Positions 42,209 through 55,583 of a DNA stretch of 64,000 nucleotides are shown in pieces; position 1 is the first letter of the stretch; the number at the start of each line of letters is the position of its first letter. The notes below the pieces were generated by a model. It saw nothing but the letters and a program-made list of their open reading frames with translations, was not told where the DNA came from and searched no databases. The position numbers and the translations under genes are program-made. The stretch is from Eledone cirrhosa (lineage: Eukaryota). Location: contig OZ024740.1 of the NCBI GenBank assembly GCA_964016885.1, positions 90,706,001 to 90,770,000 of the forward strand. Direction: 5' to 3'.

Positions 42209-44786
42209 TCAGGTTATAAATTGGGTGCTGAGTTCTAGTCTATTATTGATTGGTGGTTGTGTTTTATCTATAATTAGTGATTCCTTAATTCTAAGATTGC
42301 CGAGGTTTCTTTCCTTAGTTTCTATCCTAACTGTTATGGCTTTGTCGGTGTTTTTGCATGTAACTAGGTGTTTCTTAAATGAGGAAGCGTTAGTATTGAG
42401 GTGTTCCTTTATTCTTATGTGGAGTAGTCTGGTGGTGCTACCTACGTAGAAGCTGTTGCATTTGTCACACTCTAGTCTGTATACGACGTAAGCCTGGTGG
42501 CATAGGTCTGTGTCGTTGATGGGGCAGTTGGCTAGTCTGCAGCAGTTGTCATGTCTGGTGGAGTGTCTTTTGGTTAGCTGTCCGCGTAGAGAAGGACCTG
42601 AGTGGGCCAGTTGGATATCTAGTCTCTCTTGTCTTATGGCTCTGCGGATGGCTGTTGTTGTTTCTTCACTGAAGTGTGGGAGCTTCAAGAAGCAAGTGTT
42701 ACTGCCTCGGGTGTGGTGTCCTCTGTTCTTTCTGGCACGGTTTGTGGTGGATGTCGTGTATCCGTTCAGTTTGAGTACTTACAGGAAATACGTGGTGTGT
42801 GTGTCTCGGTCTCTAGCGTTGGTGCATTGTTCCGGATAAGTGCCAATTCGTTCTTTATGTATCCGAACTTGGCACCGAGGGGGAGGGCCGATCTGAAATG
42901 TACGAACAGGTCCCTGCTTGCGGCTTTTTTATAGAAGCAGGTGTGGATGTTGCCTTCCTCTGTTACCCTGAGTTGGAAGTCCAGTAGGGATAGGGATCCG
43001 CGGTCATCGGGGTGTTCCATCCTGAACATTATACTGGCGTTCATGCTGGATAATGTTGTGTATAGTTTATCTGCGTCGTCACGGGATAACGTAAGGATGA
43101 GTATGTCATCTACATATCGGGTGAAGAAGGCATGGGAGTGGCAGGTGTTGAGGGCTCGGCATTCTAGCTGGTTCATGTAGGTGATGGTCAGCAGGCCCGA
43201 TAGGCTGGATCCCATGGGTAATCCTGTTGTCTGTCTGTATGTGTGGTGGTGGAAGGTGAAGTACGTGTTGTCTACTGTGAAGGACAAAAGCTGGTGTATG
43301 TCCGTCGGGTGGAGGCCGTAGCAGTGGATGTCCTCTGCAAACACGCAGTCCGTCAATAAATCGACAGCTGGATGACCGGGGACTGTAGTGTGGAGGGAGA
43401 CAACGACTAGGCTAAAAGCGTATATATTTAGTTTAAGTTGTTCTGGCTGGAGTTGGTGTAGTCTACGTATAACTTCGTTGGAGCTACTGACATGCCCGGG
43501 AAAGGTGGAGAGTAGAGGCTTGAGGACCTGGGAGAGGAGCCAGGACATTTTGTATAGGGCTCCTTCTATGCTAGAGACGATGGGTCTTATTTGCGTCTTA
43601 GTACTATTGTTGTGGGTCTTGATGAGGTGGTAGAAAGTGGGCAGTCTGCTATTTCTAGTGGTGTAGATGAGCTTAACTTTATTTGGGAGTTGTCTTCTCC
43701 TACAGATATCGAACCAAATGGAGTTGGTTTGTTTTTCGATCTGGGCTGCAGTCATGTCCGGGATCTCTGTATATAGTTCATTGTCTCTTAGGTGTTCAAA
43801 GGCTAGGTTATTGTATGTGGCTTGAGAGATGACGCAAAACTCTTTACCTTTGTCGGATGGTAAGTATATAAGTTCCCTATTCCGTAGGTTCTTCAGGGCC
43901 AGTTGTTGTGTCCTGGAGAGGTTTGGGGCTATCTTCTTCTGTTTCCGTAAGATGTTAAATACGGAATGTTTTAGACTCGAGAGTTTTTCTTCAAGCTCGC
44001 GGTGGGCAGCCGGTGGACAGAATGGGCGATCTAGTTGGTATATCGGGAATCTGGGTTTGGTGGATTCCCTGGTGTTGTTGTCTAGAGTCGATATCCATTT
44101 TAGTTGGTAGGCAGCCCGACAGAAATTCGTCGCTATGTCGAGCCATAATTTGTCGTCCAGTCTCTGTTTCAATATGAACTTGGGACCCAGGCTGACGAGG
44201 TCTAATTCCTCTCGGGAGAGGGATCCTGTCAAGTCCGTGACGAGGTGTTTTGCGTCAGGTGTGTTGTTGGTCGGGGCGCCGCTAGGTTCGGTGTCGGTAC
44301 CGTCTTGTTCGCCTCTGTTGGTGTTTAGATTTGGGATGTTGTTAAGACAGTTGGCCGTCCTGAGTTTGAGAAATTTTTGTGTTAGACGTATTTTTCGGAG
44401 TCTCGGCGATGGTGGTATGACCTGTCTATAGTGTCGGAGATGACTCTGGACAGAGGTTCTGGGGTTTCGGCGAGTTGTGGTACAAGGCTGGAAATAGTCC
44501 GTATGTGATGTTGTAGCGTGCGGTGTAGGTGTTGTATGAGTTTTAGGCAGAATGTTTGTATGTAACTAAGTGATCGTTTGAGGCCTGGCGATTTGAAGCA
44601 TGTTGGTAGGTGCACATTTTTGATAGTTTTGGGGATGATGTTGTTATTTAGGCATCGTTTTAGGAAGTTTATTTGGCAGCCGGCTTTGGCGCGCTTTTCA
44701 GATAGCTGGAAGAGTTTCTTTACAGCTGTGAACTGGGCCTGGCTCAGGCGTAAGGAAAGGAGGAGGTTATAGTTCACTTGAAGCAT
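42209..44786 (-). pseudogene. PLE RT-GIY-YIG polyprotein, inactivated
   Basis: Starts MLQVNY, then PSDKGK, YHLIKTH, RPIVSS, YRQTTGLPMGSSLS, RYVDD, LSLLD and VVYRLECDKC..FYVGSTTR.LHIRIKEH. Frameshifts near 44392 and 42828, an in-frame TAA near 42780, and motif A reads SLVVVSLH instead of SLDVxSLY. Confidence 0.93.
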
Positions 44787-45949
44787 TGTGTAATGAGGTA
44801 TAAACGTTTGAATATGTATAATAAAGCCAAAACAATGCAGGTATGGACATAGAAAAAAGAATGCAATTGCAAAAGATATTGTTGACAAATCGTCTTTTAC
44901 CTTAGATTTCTTTAAATGTCCTTAATTTTCGAGATAATATCTCTTCTTCAGAGAGAATTAAAGGTCTCAAACCAGCGTTCTAAATATCTTACCAAGCCAT
45001 GCTGACAGGAAATAGTATAGAGTATCTGTTCTATCTCTAATGTCAAAGAGTTAAAATTAGGTGGATAAAGAGTAGTCTCCCTTTAAAAGGGGTTTGTTTT
45101 GGTTTTTATATTTATTTTTATATTCATGCCTGTTTAAGTGTATGGGAGAATGCATGAAGGTGTAAGTATGTGAGTGTGTGTGTGTGAGTTTGAGAAGATA
45201 AGTCTATTCGTAAATGTGGTAGATAGGTGTTATCTGGTGTTAGAACTGGTTGTGTGTGTGTATGTGTGAGAGAGAATCAGTGGAGGTGTAAGCGTGTGTG
45301 TGTGTGGGTGCGTGTGTGGGGGGTGTAAATATGGGGCTAAAAGCCCTATCAGGTTATTAATTGGGTGCTGAGTTCTAGTCTATTATTAATTGGTGGTTGT
45401 GTTTTATCTATAATTAGTGATTCCTTAATTCTAAGATTGCCGAGGTTTCTTTCCTTAGTTTCTATCCTAACTGTTATGGTTTTGTCGGTGTTTTTGCATT
45501 TAACTAGGTGTTTCTTAAATGAGGAAGCGTTAGTATTGAGGTGTTCTTTTATTCTTATGTGGAGTGGTCTGGTAGTTCTACCTACGTAGAAGTTGTTGCA
45601 TTTGTCACACTCTAGTCTGTATACGACGTAAGCCTGGTGGCATAGGTCTGTGTCGTTGATGGGGCAGTTGGCTAGTCTGCAGCAGTTGTCATGTCTGGTG
45701 GAGTGTCTTTTGGTTAGCTGTCCGCGTAGAGAAGGACCTGAGTGGGCCATTTGGATATCTAGTCCCACTCGTCTGATGGCTCTGAAAAAAAAACAAAAAA
45801 ACCCTAAACAAACCCCTTTTAAAGGGAGACTACTCTTTATCCACCTAATTTTAACTCTTTGACATTAGAGATAGAACAGATACTCTATACTATTTCCTGT
45901 CAGCATGGCTTGGTAAGATATTTAGAACTCTGGTTTGAGGCCTTTATTT

Positions 45950-45987
45950 CCCTCTGAAGAAGAGATATTATCTCGAAAATTAAGGAC
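45950..45987 (+). ncRNA. Minimal hammerhead motif (minus copies at 40659-40696, 41773-41810, 44918-44955)
   Basis: CCT-CTGAAGA-a-GAGATA t TATCTC-GAAA-AT-TA-AGG. Short stem I, palindromic AATT stem III. Confidence 0.65.
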
Positions 45988-46144
45988 ATTTAAATTAATC
46001 TAAGGTAAAAGACGATTTGTCAACAATATCGTTTGCAATTGCATTCATTTTTCTATGTCCATACCTGCATTGTTTTGGCTTTATTATACATATTCAAACG
46101 TTTATACCTAATTACACAATGCTTCAAGTGAACTAGAACCTCCT

Positions 46145-46188
<44 letters not shown>

Positions 46189-46921
46189 TATATATATTTA
46201 AATACCAGATTATTTATATTATGTATATTTATATTTATATGCGTATATATGTTTGCATGTGAGCCTATTTCTCTGTATTTTTTGCCAATGCATCTTATTA
46301 ATTTAATTAACCTAAACAAATATCGGTTAAAGAAAGTCATCCTTAGTTTGAAATATAACATATCCATTAAATAATTCAAATCATTCATTTTAAAATGTAT
46401 ATGAATCTTCTTTTACAGTATGAAATCTGACAGCCCGTAATATAATTTAATATGTCGTAAATGTTTTCTATTTCAAAACACCACTAAAATACGTGTTAGG
46501 TACATTCTAGACAGACAAATAATATTTACGGTAAACATTAGCTATAGGAATTACTGTAAACTATGTAAGCTCTAATTAACATGAATATTAATTAAATGAT
46601 TATTACCAAAATTAGTAGCTATATAAATAAATATATTTAATCATGAAATTAATGACAATTACTCTGGTTTATACGGCTTCATGTTTATTATAAATAAACT
46701 TTGCATAACCATTATTGATGTATTATATTAATATGTAATAGATGCGGTAGAAACATTTTGATAATACTTCACATTATAATCAATATAGAAGCTGCATAGA
46801 TAAACAACATATAGCCATTCCATAACGAAAGTTAAAGCTGATAAATTTCAATGGTAATTGGAATTAGAACATAATATTCTATATGTAAATAACAGTAGAT
46901 GCTGAATAGTTACATTGTTAC

Positions 46922-47009
46922 CTTCGCGATCATTTGAGCCCATCTGGGATCACACTGCCTTGATGCTTCAGTAAATAATCTGATCATTGGTTCGACCAAA
47001 TATCTCTGG
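46922..47009 (-). other. Candidate host exon (88 nt), unverified
   Basis: cttatttcAG acceptor, open frame QRYLVEPMIRLFTEASRQCDPRWAQMIAK, AAG|GTAACA donor, inside a non-repetitive GC-richer island. Confidence 0.3.
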
Positions 47010-47634
47010 CTGAAATAAGGTGGACAGAAACTCTTTTGAGTACCGTAGATTGAATCATCCTTGTCTCAGAGTAAGTTACTCTGATTTCCCCCGTGAAATG
47101 ACGTTAGACGTACACGTGTATGTAGATTGCTTAGCCACAGATACGTTAATTTCACTAGCTGTACCTTTTATCACACAATTGCAATTGTCACCGTCGAAAG
47201 CTACGGAGGTCAACGTCATGCCAATAACCCGCGAGATATTGGCCACATAGAGACATTTGTGTCGAACGAGTGTAAGTAAATCCATATATCGAAATATTTG
47301 AGATCACATTATGTGACAATATGCAATGCAGCACTCTTCCAAAAAAAGATTTATCTGGAATTCGGGAAATTTTGATGATTGAATTATTGACAAATATTAT
47401 TGCGAATAAGTTTTAATAATTGCTTTGACATAGGTAGAGGGAAAGAAATACACGATAGGGAACTGTTGATTTTAATGCTTGGAATTTTTTCACCCCTATA
47501 TATTGAAAGGCAAAGGGGATATTGAATGGATTTCAATTCGGCACTTAACATTACGGAATAAATACACAACATATTTTGTTCGACATTCACAAGGTTCTAA
47601 CTAACAACGCCACAATGTAATGAGTGCTAAGAAT

Positions 47635-47725
47635 AATTGTTTCTACTTCTGGCACAAGGCAAGGACTTACCCCAGTGTACTACTGGTACTTTATTTTATA
47701 GAGCGCTAAAGATGAAAGGCAACTT
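47635..47725 (-). mobile_element. SINE 3' fragment
   Basis: aattgtttctac...ggcacaagg...tactggtactttattttat...gatgaaaggcaa. Confidence 0.7.
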
Positions 47726-47792
47726 TTAACATGATGGCATTTGAAAGAATAATATTATTACAACTATTATTAAATCTGTAAACTTAAAAACA

Positions 47793-47935
47793 ATAGCGGC
47801 AGTGGTAGTAGTGGTGGTGGCGGTGGTGGTGGTGGAAGTAGTAGTAATAGTAACATCAGCAGCAGTAGTAGTGGTAGTAGTAGTAGTAGTAGTAGCAGTA
47901 GCAGTAGCAGTAGTAGCAGTAGCAGTAGTAGTAGC

Positions 47936-47966
<31 letters not shown>
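47793..47966. repeat. (GTA/GCA/GTG)n trinucleotide microsatellite
   Basis: Directly visible. It is the source of the poly-T, poly-L and poly-V ORFs. Confidence 0.9.
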
Positions 47967-48934
47967 AAGAATGGATGGAGAAGGGTGAAGGGCAGGTGGG
48001 GGAATAGCAATTGCAGCAGCAGCAAATCATGTAAATGTAAATTTTATTTCGTTCTTCAACATTGATTTAATATAAGCAACACATGGCAAAATTATATGTC
48101 CTGCTTTTTGATAGAAATGGTAAACACATACCTCATATATCCCATTGTACGATGAATAACACTAGCCTAATTTGCTATAGAATATTTATATTAAATATGT
48201 GTACAGAAAGAGTGTTGATGTATTCAGAACGGCTTTAATAGTGTTATTGATCAATCAAAGCAGTGTGGCCTAAATCACAATTATCAGCAAAACACCACAG
48301 AAATGAAATTTTTTGCTTTTACTTACATATTGATTTATTTCATACCAGAGCAAATAAATCGCCGCTCATTCCCTATCATATACTAGATCATATATATCCT
48401 CATACTCATATTATATATTCAATTATTCTGGTGGATATTTTGTCACCAACCAATTAGTAATTCCGTAAGGATGTTATATATGTGGCATTTCCGGATTTAA
48501 CTCAATTTCAACTGATATGTTTAAATCAAAATTTAGACATCATCAATAAATCCTCATAATCATATATATTTCTACAATGGATATTAGATTTTGAAAATTT
48601 GTAGGGAGACTTCATACCATCCATATCACCGTAATTTTATGAAAAAGAAAATAAATCAACGATTGATAGAAATAGTGTGGAATATTTTCGAAAATTAAAT
48701 TCCGCGAGAAAAGAAATTGCATAGCTTGAACTATACGTAGGGGACAGATTTCCCGCCTTCACGCATTTAAAAGAATAGGTGAATTACTGCAAAATGAATA
48801 CATAAATATAGACCGGATAAGAAGAAAGTTCTCGTCCATAATTATAAGTAACTAAAATGCTTTTTATCTATGAACTACTCTTATTCATAAACATGCCCAC
48901 ACATACACACAATCACACACACAAACACACACAC

Positions 48935-49008
<74 letters not shown>

Positions 49009-49022
49009 GTATATGTATACAT

Positions 49023-49088
<66 letters not shown>

Positions 49089-49091
49089 ATA

Positions 49092-50860
49092 ATGGACAAA
49101 CTTGAACAGGGACAAATCAGAGAGGCAGTACAACGAATGTTTATTAATTTCACGCTCTGGAGAGTGGGGTGTTGGTGGGGGACGACGTTTCGGGCATAAG
49201 CCCTTCCTCAGGTGATAAGTGTGTGGGAACAGAGTTCAAAGGGTGTGTAGGGGAGTGGTGGAGAGAGATATAGCGAAAGGAAACGGTGCGAATGAAAAAA
49301 ATAAAAATAAAAATAAAGCATGATCAAAATACAAGAAATGAAATAAATTTAAATAAAAAAGCATGATCAAAATAAACTGAAATTAAAAGGGGGGTAAAAC
49401 AGGTGGTGAAAGGATGTAGGGTATGTAGGGGTGGTGGCGGGTGGAGTGGAGAGAGGGAGACGGGGTGACTGAGCGGGGAGGGCTGAAGGTGGTGTGTGTG
49501 TGTATGTGAAAGTAAGGGTTGGGGGAAGAACGGGGTTGCATGTTCAGGAAGAGGTGGGGGGGTCGGAGTGTATGTGCGTGTGTGGGTAGAGGGGTTGGGG
49601 GGAGAGGAATTAGGAGGCTGAGGGTGTAAATATGTGGTGGAAAGCACGTGTGTGTGGGGTTTAAGCGTGTTGTGGGTGTAGGTGGCGTGTGGAGAAACAA
49701 ATTGTTTGGGGTGTGTGTGTGGGTGAGTTATATAGGTGATTACGTAAGAGGATGGTTGAGAAGTTGGTAAAATCCAAAAGTGTTTAGTGCATTCTGTGGT
49801 GGTCAATTTCTGCGTGCGTGTATTCCATGAAGCGATGGTCGGAAGAGGAGAGATGTGCGGTGCGCGCGCAACAGGAAGTGGTCAAGCAGTGGGAGTGCTG
49901 TGTATCTGTTTGTGTTGGGAGGTGGTCAGAGGGCATAGCAGCTGTCGGTGGAATGGTAAAGGGGCGAGGATGGGTAGGTGTGAAAGTTGGAGTGAGGAGG
50001 GTGTGTGTGTGTGTATTAGTAGAGGTGTTAGTGGGATGAGTGAGTGTAGAGCGAAGGTGTGGGTGGAGCGGGGAGAGAAGGGTGTGTGTGGTTCTATGGA
50101 GGGAGTGTGGTGTACTGGTGTGTGTGTAGTTTGATGAAGGGGTGTTAGTGGTTGTTAGTATACGGGAGGTGGGGAGGGGTTGAATGTAGGTGTGAGTGGG
50201 GGTTAGTGGTGGTAGGGTGTGTAGAGTTGGTGGTGTACGAGGGTGTGTGGGTACGTGTGCCTGGGGTTGGGGGGTGTTAGTGATGTTAGTTGCGTGTGGG
50301 GTGGGTGGTGTAAGTGGGTGCGTGTCTTCGTGTGCTTGGGGTTTAGGGGGTGTTAGTGAGGTTAGTAGCGGGGTGGTGGGATGGAGGTGTGGGGGTGAGA
50401 GTTAGTGGTGGTAGTAGGGTGTGTTTAGTGTGAGCGCGTGTATATGTGTGCCGGTGGGTGTGTGCGTGTGATAAGGAGGGGGAGGAGGAGTAGAAGGGAG
50501 GGATGTTAGTATGTTAGTTGGGGAAGGGTGGTCAGATGAGGGGTGGAGTGGAGGTGTTAGTATTGTTAGTTGTGGGGTGGGCGGTGAAAAGGAGGGGTGC
50601 GTTAATGGTGTTAGTGGGGGATAAGTGTGGGGGAGGTGGAGGCTAAAGGAATAAGTGTGGGGAGTTCAGGCCGGGGGGAGTATGGGTCTGTAAGATGAAG
50701 ATAGTTCGTTGTTCGACCCTAAGGCGATTGGCGGGTGTTCCGTGGCACTGGAGTAGGCCACAGACTGTGAGATGGCGTGCGGAATGTCCAGGGCCACCAA
50801 AGTGGCGGGCGCTGGGGGAACTACCCCCTAGACGAATATCCCGGAGGTGCTCAGGATGGA
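49092..50860 (-). mobile_element. Neptune-like PLE 3' fragment with a long C/A-rich UTR and pLTR
   Basis: GIY-YIG C-terminus HLRDIR...ARHF...H...LTVCGL...RLRVEQRTIFILQTHTPPGLN (50643-50860), about 1.4 kb of low-complexity UTR, a hammerhead, then (TA)n. Confidence 0.8.
49181..49215 (-). ncRNA. Minimal hammerhead ribozyme
   Basis: AC-CTGAGGA-a-GGGC ttat GCCC-GAAA-CG-TC-GT. Palindromic ACGT stem III, GUC triplet, weak stem I. Confidence 0.72.
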
Positions 50861-51164
50861 GAGAGGGAGAGAGAGAGAAAGAGAAAAAGATGAAGTTGGA
50901 AATAATGTTATTACAACTTTTCAGGAGGCATGACAGCAGAAATGTTACTGAAACATTCGATTTTGAGTTTAATTTTAAACCTTTTAAAACTCCTACCAAC
51001 ACTTTTTAATTAACGTTTTTCACTGAATTTGACCAGATGGATCTCAATACATCGAAACCGGTAATTTCGTCATATACTTTATATACTTCATAAACGAAAT
51101 GTTTAAATAAGTATTGTCCCTCTCTTTTTTAATAACATTATCTTTTTAATGTGCGGTGGATTTA

Positions 51165-51565
51165 AGGGCGGTGGATTGGCAGTATCGGTAGAGGGTCTGA
51201 CGCTAGCTTTGCAGCAAAGAGTTACGCCCCTTTATGGTTTGAGTTCAAATCCCGCCGAGGTTAACTTTGCCTTTCATCCTTACGGGGTCGATAAAATAAA
51301 GTACCAGTAATGCACTGGATAATTGCTGGCCTTGTGCCAAAAGTAGAAACAATTATCTTTTTAATGTGCGGTGCGGTGCGGTGGATTAGCAGTATCGGTT
51401 GAGGGTCGGACGCCATGCTTTCCAGCATAGTTACGTCCCTTTACGATCTGAGTTCAAATCTCACCGAGGTTGACTTTGCCTTTCATCCTTTTGGGGTCGA
51501 TAAATTAAATACCAGTAATACACTGGTTAATTGCTGGCCTTGTGTCTAAAGTAGAAACAATTATC
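51165..51565 (+). mobile_element. Two tandem tRNA-derived SINEs (Meta/MESC-like core, tentative)
   Basis: A box TGGCAGTATCGG, B box GAGTTCAAATC, core GCCTTTCATCCTT.CGGGGTCGATAAA.TAAA.TACCAG. The 15-mer attatctttttaatg occurs before, between and after the copies. Confidence 0.85.
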
Positions 51566-52864
51566 TTTTTAATGACACTATGTTTTCAATAATGTCACAT
51601 TGACGAATCAAAAAAGAAAAACAGACCCTTAAATATATCTCACGTGCTATTTCCAGCTCCATCTTTTCTATATATCCACATTTTTGTATAGAACCTCACT
51701 TCCCTTTTCTACTATATTGAACATTTCTTTTATAAATTTTGACATAACCAATGAAAGATACCTTAATTGTTCAATTTTTTTTTGGATAGTGAAAAGAAAA
51801 GAGAAGAACCGTCAGATATTTTAAATTATTTAGTATGCAAATGTGGTTGAGGTATAGGGCCGAAAAAACGTTATTTTAGAAGCTATGCAGAATTTAAATA
51901 ATTATGATATATGTATGAGTAGGAAGAAGAAAAAAAAAGAAAAAAAGCTTGTATTTACGTTAATTTAAAGGGAATTAACAATTTGCAGGAATGGTTGAAT
52001 ATGATTCCAGAATTTAAATTTATTTAGCTATATTATGAGTTATACTTTTGTATCAATTAGATTGTATGAAGAGTTATGGTTGTAAGTAGATTTTATCTTA
52101 TTACATTACAATAGGTTGTAAGTATATAAATATCTATATAGATTAATAATTGTGCATGTATATGTATTATAGATATAGAAATAATTCACAATTATTAGTT
52201 GTTTACATTTCTAATATGAGTTACGAAGGAAGTTGATTTTGCAATTTACATAAATCACAGGTAGTTCAATTTGTAAGAAGAGAACCATTTGTAGATTCAA
52301 ATACGGTGTTCCAACATTGAAAATGTTTTCAGAATATTGTTAATTTAGTGAAGTTATATAGTTTATCATACATACTATATTATAATATCATGTTTATGTG
52401 TGTACGATTGAAAAGGGATGGATAACTCAAATCTTGTGTGTTAACCGTTATATTTGATGAATGATTTACTCAGAAAATATATAGAGAAAAATAATATATT
52501 ATTTTGTGTGAGATTAATTTCAATTATATATTATTTTAGTCGAAAGATGTGTGAAAGTTTGAGGTTCAAAAGGAGAGAAAAAAGTAAAGTGCATTTTGAA
52601 GAACTATCGTAAAGAGGATAAACTTTCAGAATGTCAATTAAAGATTAACAATCTACATCTAAAAAAATATATTTAGAGGGGTATCATTAGAGAAATAATG
52701 TCAAAAGGTAAAACTAATATAAAAATATATAAAAAAGTAAAAACAATAGTAGCAAATATTAAAATAATTAAGAAGAAAGTTCATTTAAAAATGTTAAATT
52801 AAAATGTTTAAAGAAATTAGGATTCTTTTGAAGGTGTATAAGATAGAGTCAAGTGTAATAAATA

Positions 52865-55330
52865 TCATGAATTAAAAATACTTCTGAAAGTTGAATTTTG
52901 GCGATGTCTGCAAGTAGAAAATAATTCTGTTCTATGATTCATAGAGATTTGACAGTTAATTATATAACACATTTCCTCGATACACAAGTTACAGAATATT
53001 GAGAAAGCCATATTTCGGTATGCAGGTGCTTTCCAAATCGTTCCCCAAGTTATTGAATAGTCTATATTGTTGACTTTAAATTTCGAAATTAAATGTGAAA
53101 ATGAAGTGGTAGATTTGTTATCGGATCTATTAAATGTGTGTTTATCGTTATACAAGCGTTCTTTGAATGTTGTAGAAGTGGCACCAATATAGTTAAATAC
53201 TTTGCCTCTAGTTTTAACTGTGCATTTAGAAATTATGTTTTTGTCTAAGCAATTATTTCATTTAATTCTACAGTTTCATTTTCTAGAGTTGTTGTTGTTC
53301 GGAACGGTACTATTATTCTGAATATTGTTAGAAATATTATTATTGCAATCTTGGTTAGTTTGGTTAGGGTTTAAATTTAAGTTTCTATTATTAATTCTAT
53401 TTATATTTTGTGCCATGTTCATAGTAGTATAGTAGAATAGTTTTATAGTGTGTCTGCTAAAAATAGAATGGTATATGTGGGCTTTAGGAAAACATTTATC
53501 TAGTGCTTTAAAAAATAGCTTGGCTACAGGTGTGTTAACGCTTAATGAGAATGGGGAAGAGTACCAAATAATATTTCTACTTCTAGTTTGTTTGTTTGGT
53601 TTAGTGTTTAAGTTAAATTGTTTATTATTATCATTAATTCTAGGATGATTTGTCATGTTATTGTTATCTATGTATTAATTTTATTCGAGTATCCTGCTCT
53701 ATGTAATATTCTGTCTTATCATCAAAAATATTTTGTATTAGCAGAGATACGTGAAATCCGTTGTTGGACGCTATTGACAATAGTGTTTTTTTTATATTTC
53801 TAGGATGATTAGAATTGAAACATACGTAATTCATATTTTCGTTAATTTTATGGTATGGATAGTAAAGATCTGTGCTAAGGTTTAAGGTTACATCTAAGAA
53901 GATAACGATTTTGTGATTATTCTCGATTTCTAAATTAAGGTTGTAGTTGTTGAAAAATGGTATTATGGATCTACTTTTCCTCTTAATTTCTCTATTGCTA
54001 TAGTTTTCATTTGAAAGTAACATATCGTCGCGATATAAACCTCCGCTCATCTCTGGTATTTTCCTATGGAGTACATTATTAATAAATAATCAATCGAGGT
54101 CCGTTACTTGCGCCGAGTCAGATGATCCCATAGTGATATCAAAATTGTTTTTTCTGTCGGCTCTTGTCCAGAGATGATAACTAAATTATATTAGGGCTTT
54201 ACGTGCTGGTAGAATTATATTCATTTCTTCACTAGATCGGTTTGTATACTTAGACGTGTAGATAAGTGCCTTATTAAGTAGTAATTTGCAATATCCATTT
54301 GAATGGATTTATTGTTATGTTTTAATTTTATGTTGTTAAACCAATCTATAACTTCATTAATACCGTTCCATAGTTTAAGGTGTGATTTTTCTTTAAGTAG
54401 TTCTATAATTATATCTAATATATGCTTGCTAGTTATGCCTAAGTCCGATTTAGCTGGTGCGATGAGTCTGACTGGTAGTTCAATATCAACACTTCTGTTG
54501 TGGTCCTTCATGTTAATATTCGGTTTTCTAGGTATAAAGGGTTCGGTCCTATTTTGCATGCCTAATTTATAAATCATTTCCGAAGCTTCCCTACTTAACG
54601 TTGACAAATCTTCATTTGATGTTATTTTGTAGTTTTTCCTGAGTGCTTTGAATATAAAGTTATTATATTCATCCTTTTCCATACCATATAAATTATTTAT
54701 TTTGACAGATTTTAGCAGGATCCTCTTTGTTTTTTCTAGATTGTCTATTTTATTCTTGAGACCTTTAAGGTACTCCTGGCCGATAAATTCGTTGCTTTTG
54801 AATTTAATGCTTTGTATAATAGAGATTACTTCATTTTCAAATTCGGCTAGTAGTTTGTTGCTAGGTGGATTATTCTTAGATTTGAATATAATATCGACGT
54901 TGTAACTGGATTTATTTATTTTGTCATCTGATTTGTTATCAAAATGGAAAGCACGCCATCTAAGTTTCGTATATAGGAGTCAGATTCCTCTATGAGTTGT
55001 TTTAGATATTCCTTATTTTTAGTTAAGGGTACATATTTAAGAGAAGAAGAAATCCTAAAGAATTCCATTATTTTGCAATCAGTTATAGTTTAAAATGCTC
55101 AACATTAAATGAGCTATTTATAAGCAAATAGGATATTCAATTTGTTTGTAGTTCAACAAATATAAATGTTTATAACTGATTCAGAGTACTTGACACGTTT
55201 TCAGGAGTATAATATTCAAAGATATTAAATAAATGGAAACTATATTTACAAAACCATATTTATTCTATTATATATATTTTAAGTGTACCAAAACATTTGG
55301 TACGATTTCATCAGATGAAATACAAAGTTC
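52865..55330 (-). mobile_element. Near full-length decayed YRDD-type (Hydra-clade-like) PLE
   Basis: ATG at 55068 (SSLKYVP...WRAFHF), KDH...PVRLIAPAKSDLG, FDITMGSSDSAQVTDL, GGLYRDD, FLDVTLNL...YPYHK, NSNHP, IIWY..PFS..V.T, YIGATSTTFKERLYN, CNLC..E...RTELFSTCRH. Multiple frameshifts. Degenerate hammerhead at about 55262-55320. Confidence 0.9.
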
Positions 55331-55583
55331 GTTTTCTAAATTTTGATATAACCAAGAAAAGATTCAAGTTTTAAACTATATAACTTATAACTTTTAAACT
55401 ATATAAATTAAAGTATATAAACTTAAACCACCGTGGGGTAAGCCGAAATAACCCAGCATGTGTACCCGACTCTGCACGTCACCCTAGTCAAGAACATCGC
55501 CTGAGCTGGGACAGATTGACCCGGATTCCATTGATATTCAGTCAAATACCTTACACCAATAAGACACTATACCTCAACCACAG

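Larger units (their letters stand above)
40548..46146 (-). mobile_element. Full-length Penelope/Poseidon-like element with ~1-kb inverted terminal blocks
   Basis: pLTR-ORF-pLTR on the minus strand (41599-45100), a partial tandem copy to 45783, and an inverted pLTR at 45784-46146. 40548-41600 is the inverse of about 45048-46100. (TA)n at both ends. Confidence 0.95.

Noticed and set aside
47726-48065. Poly-Thr, poly-Leu and poly-Val ORFs
   Set aside because: They come from a trinucleotide microsatellite.
51030-51065. Degenerate hammerhead (CAGATGG...GAAACCGGTA)
   Set aside because: Two core mismatches, no clear stem I and no second copy in the window.
51165-51260. tRNA gene
   Set aside because: A and B boxes are present, but there is no cloverleaf and the sequence continues into a dispersed SINE body.
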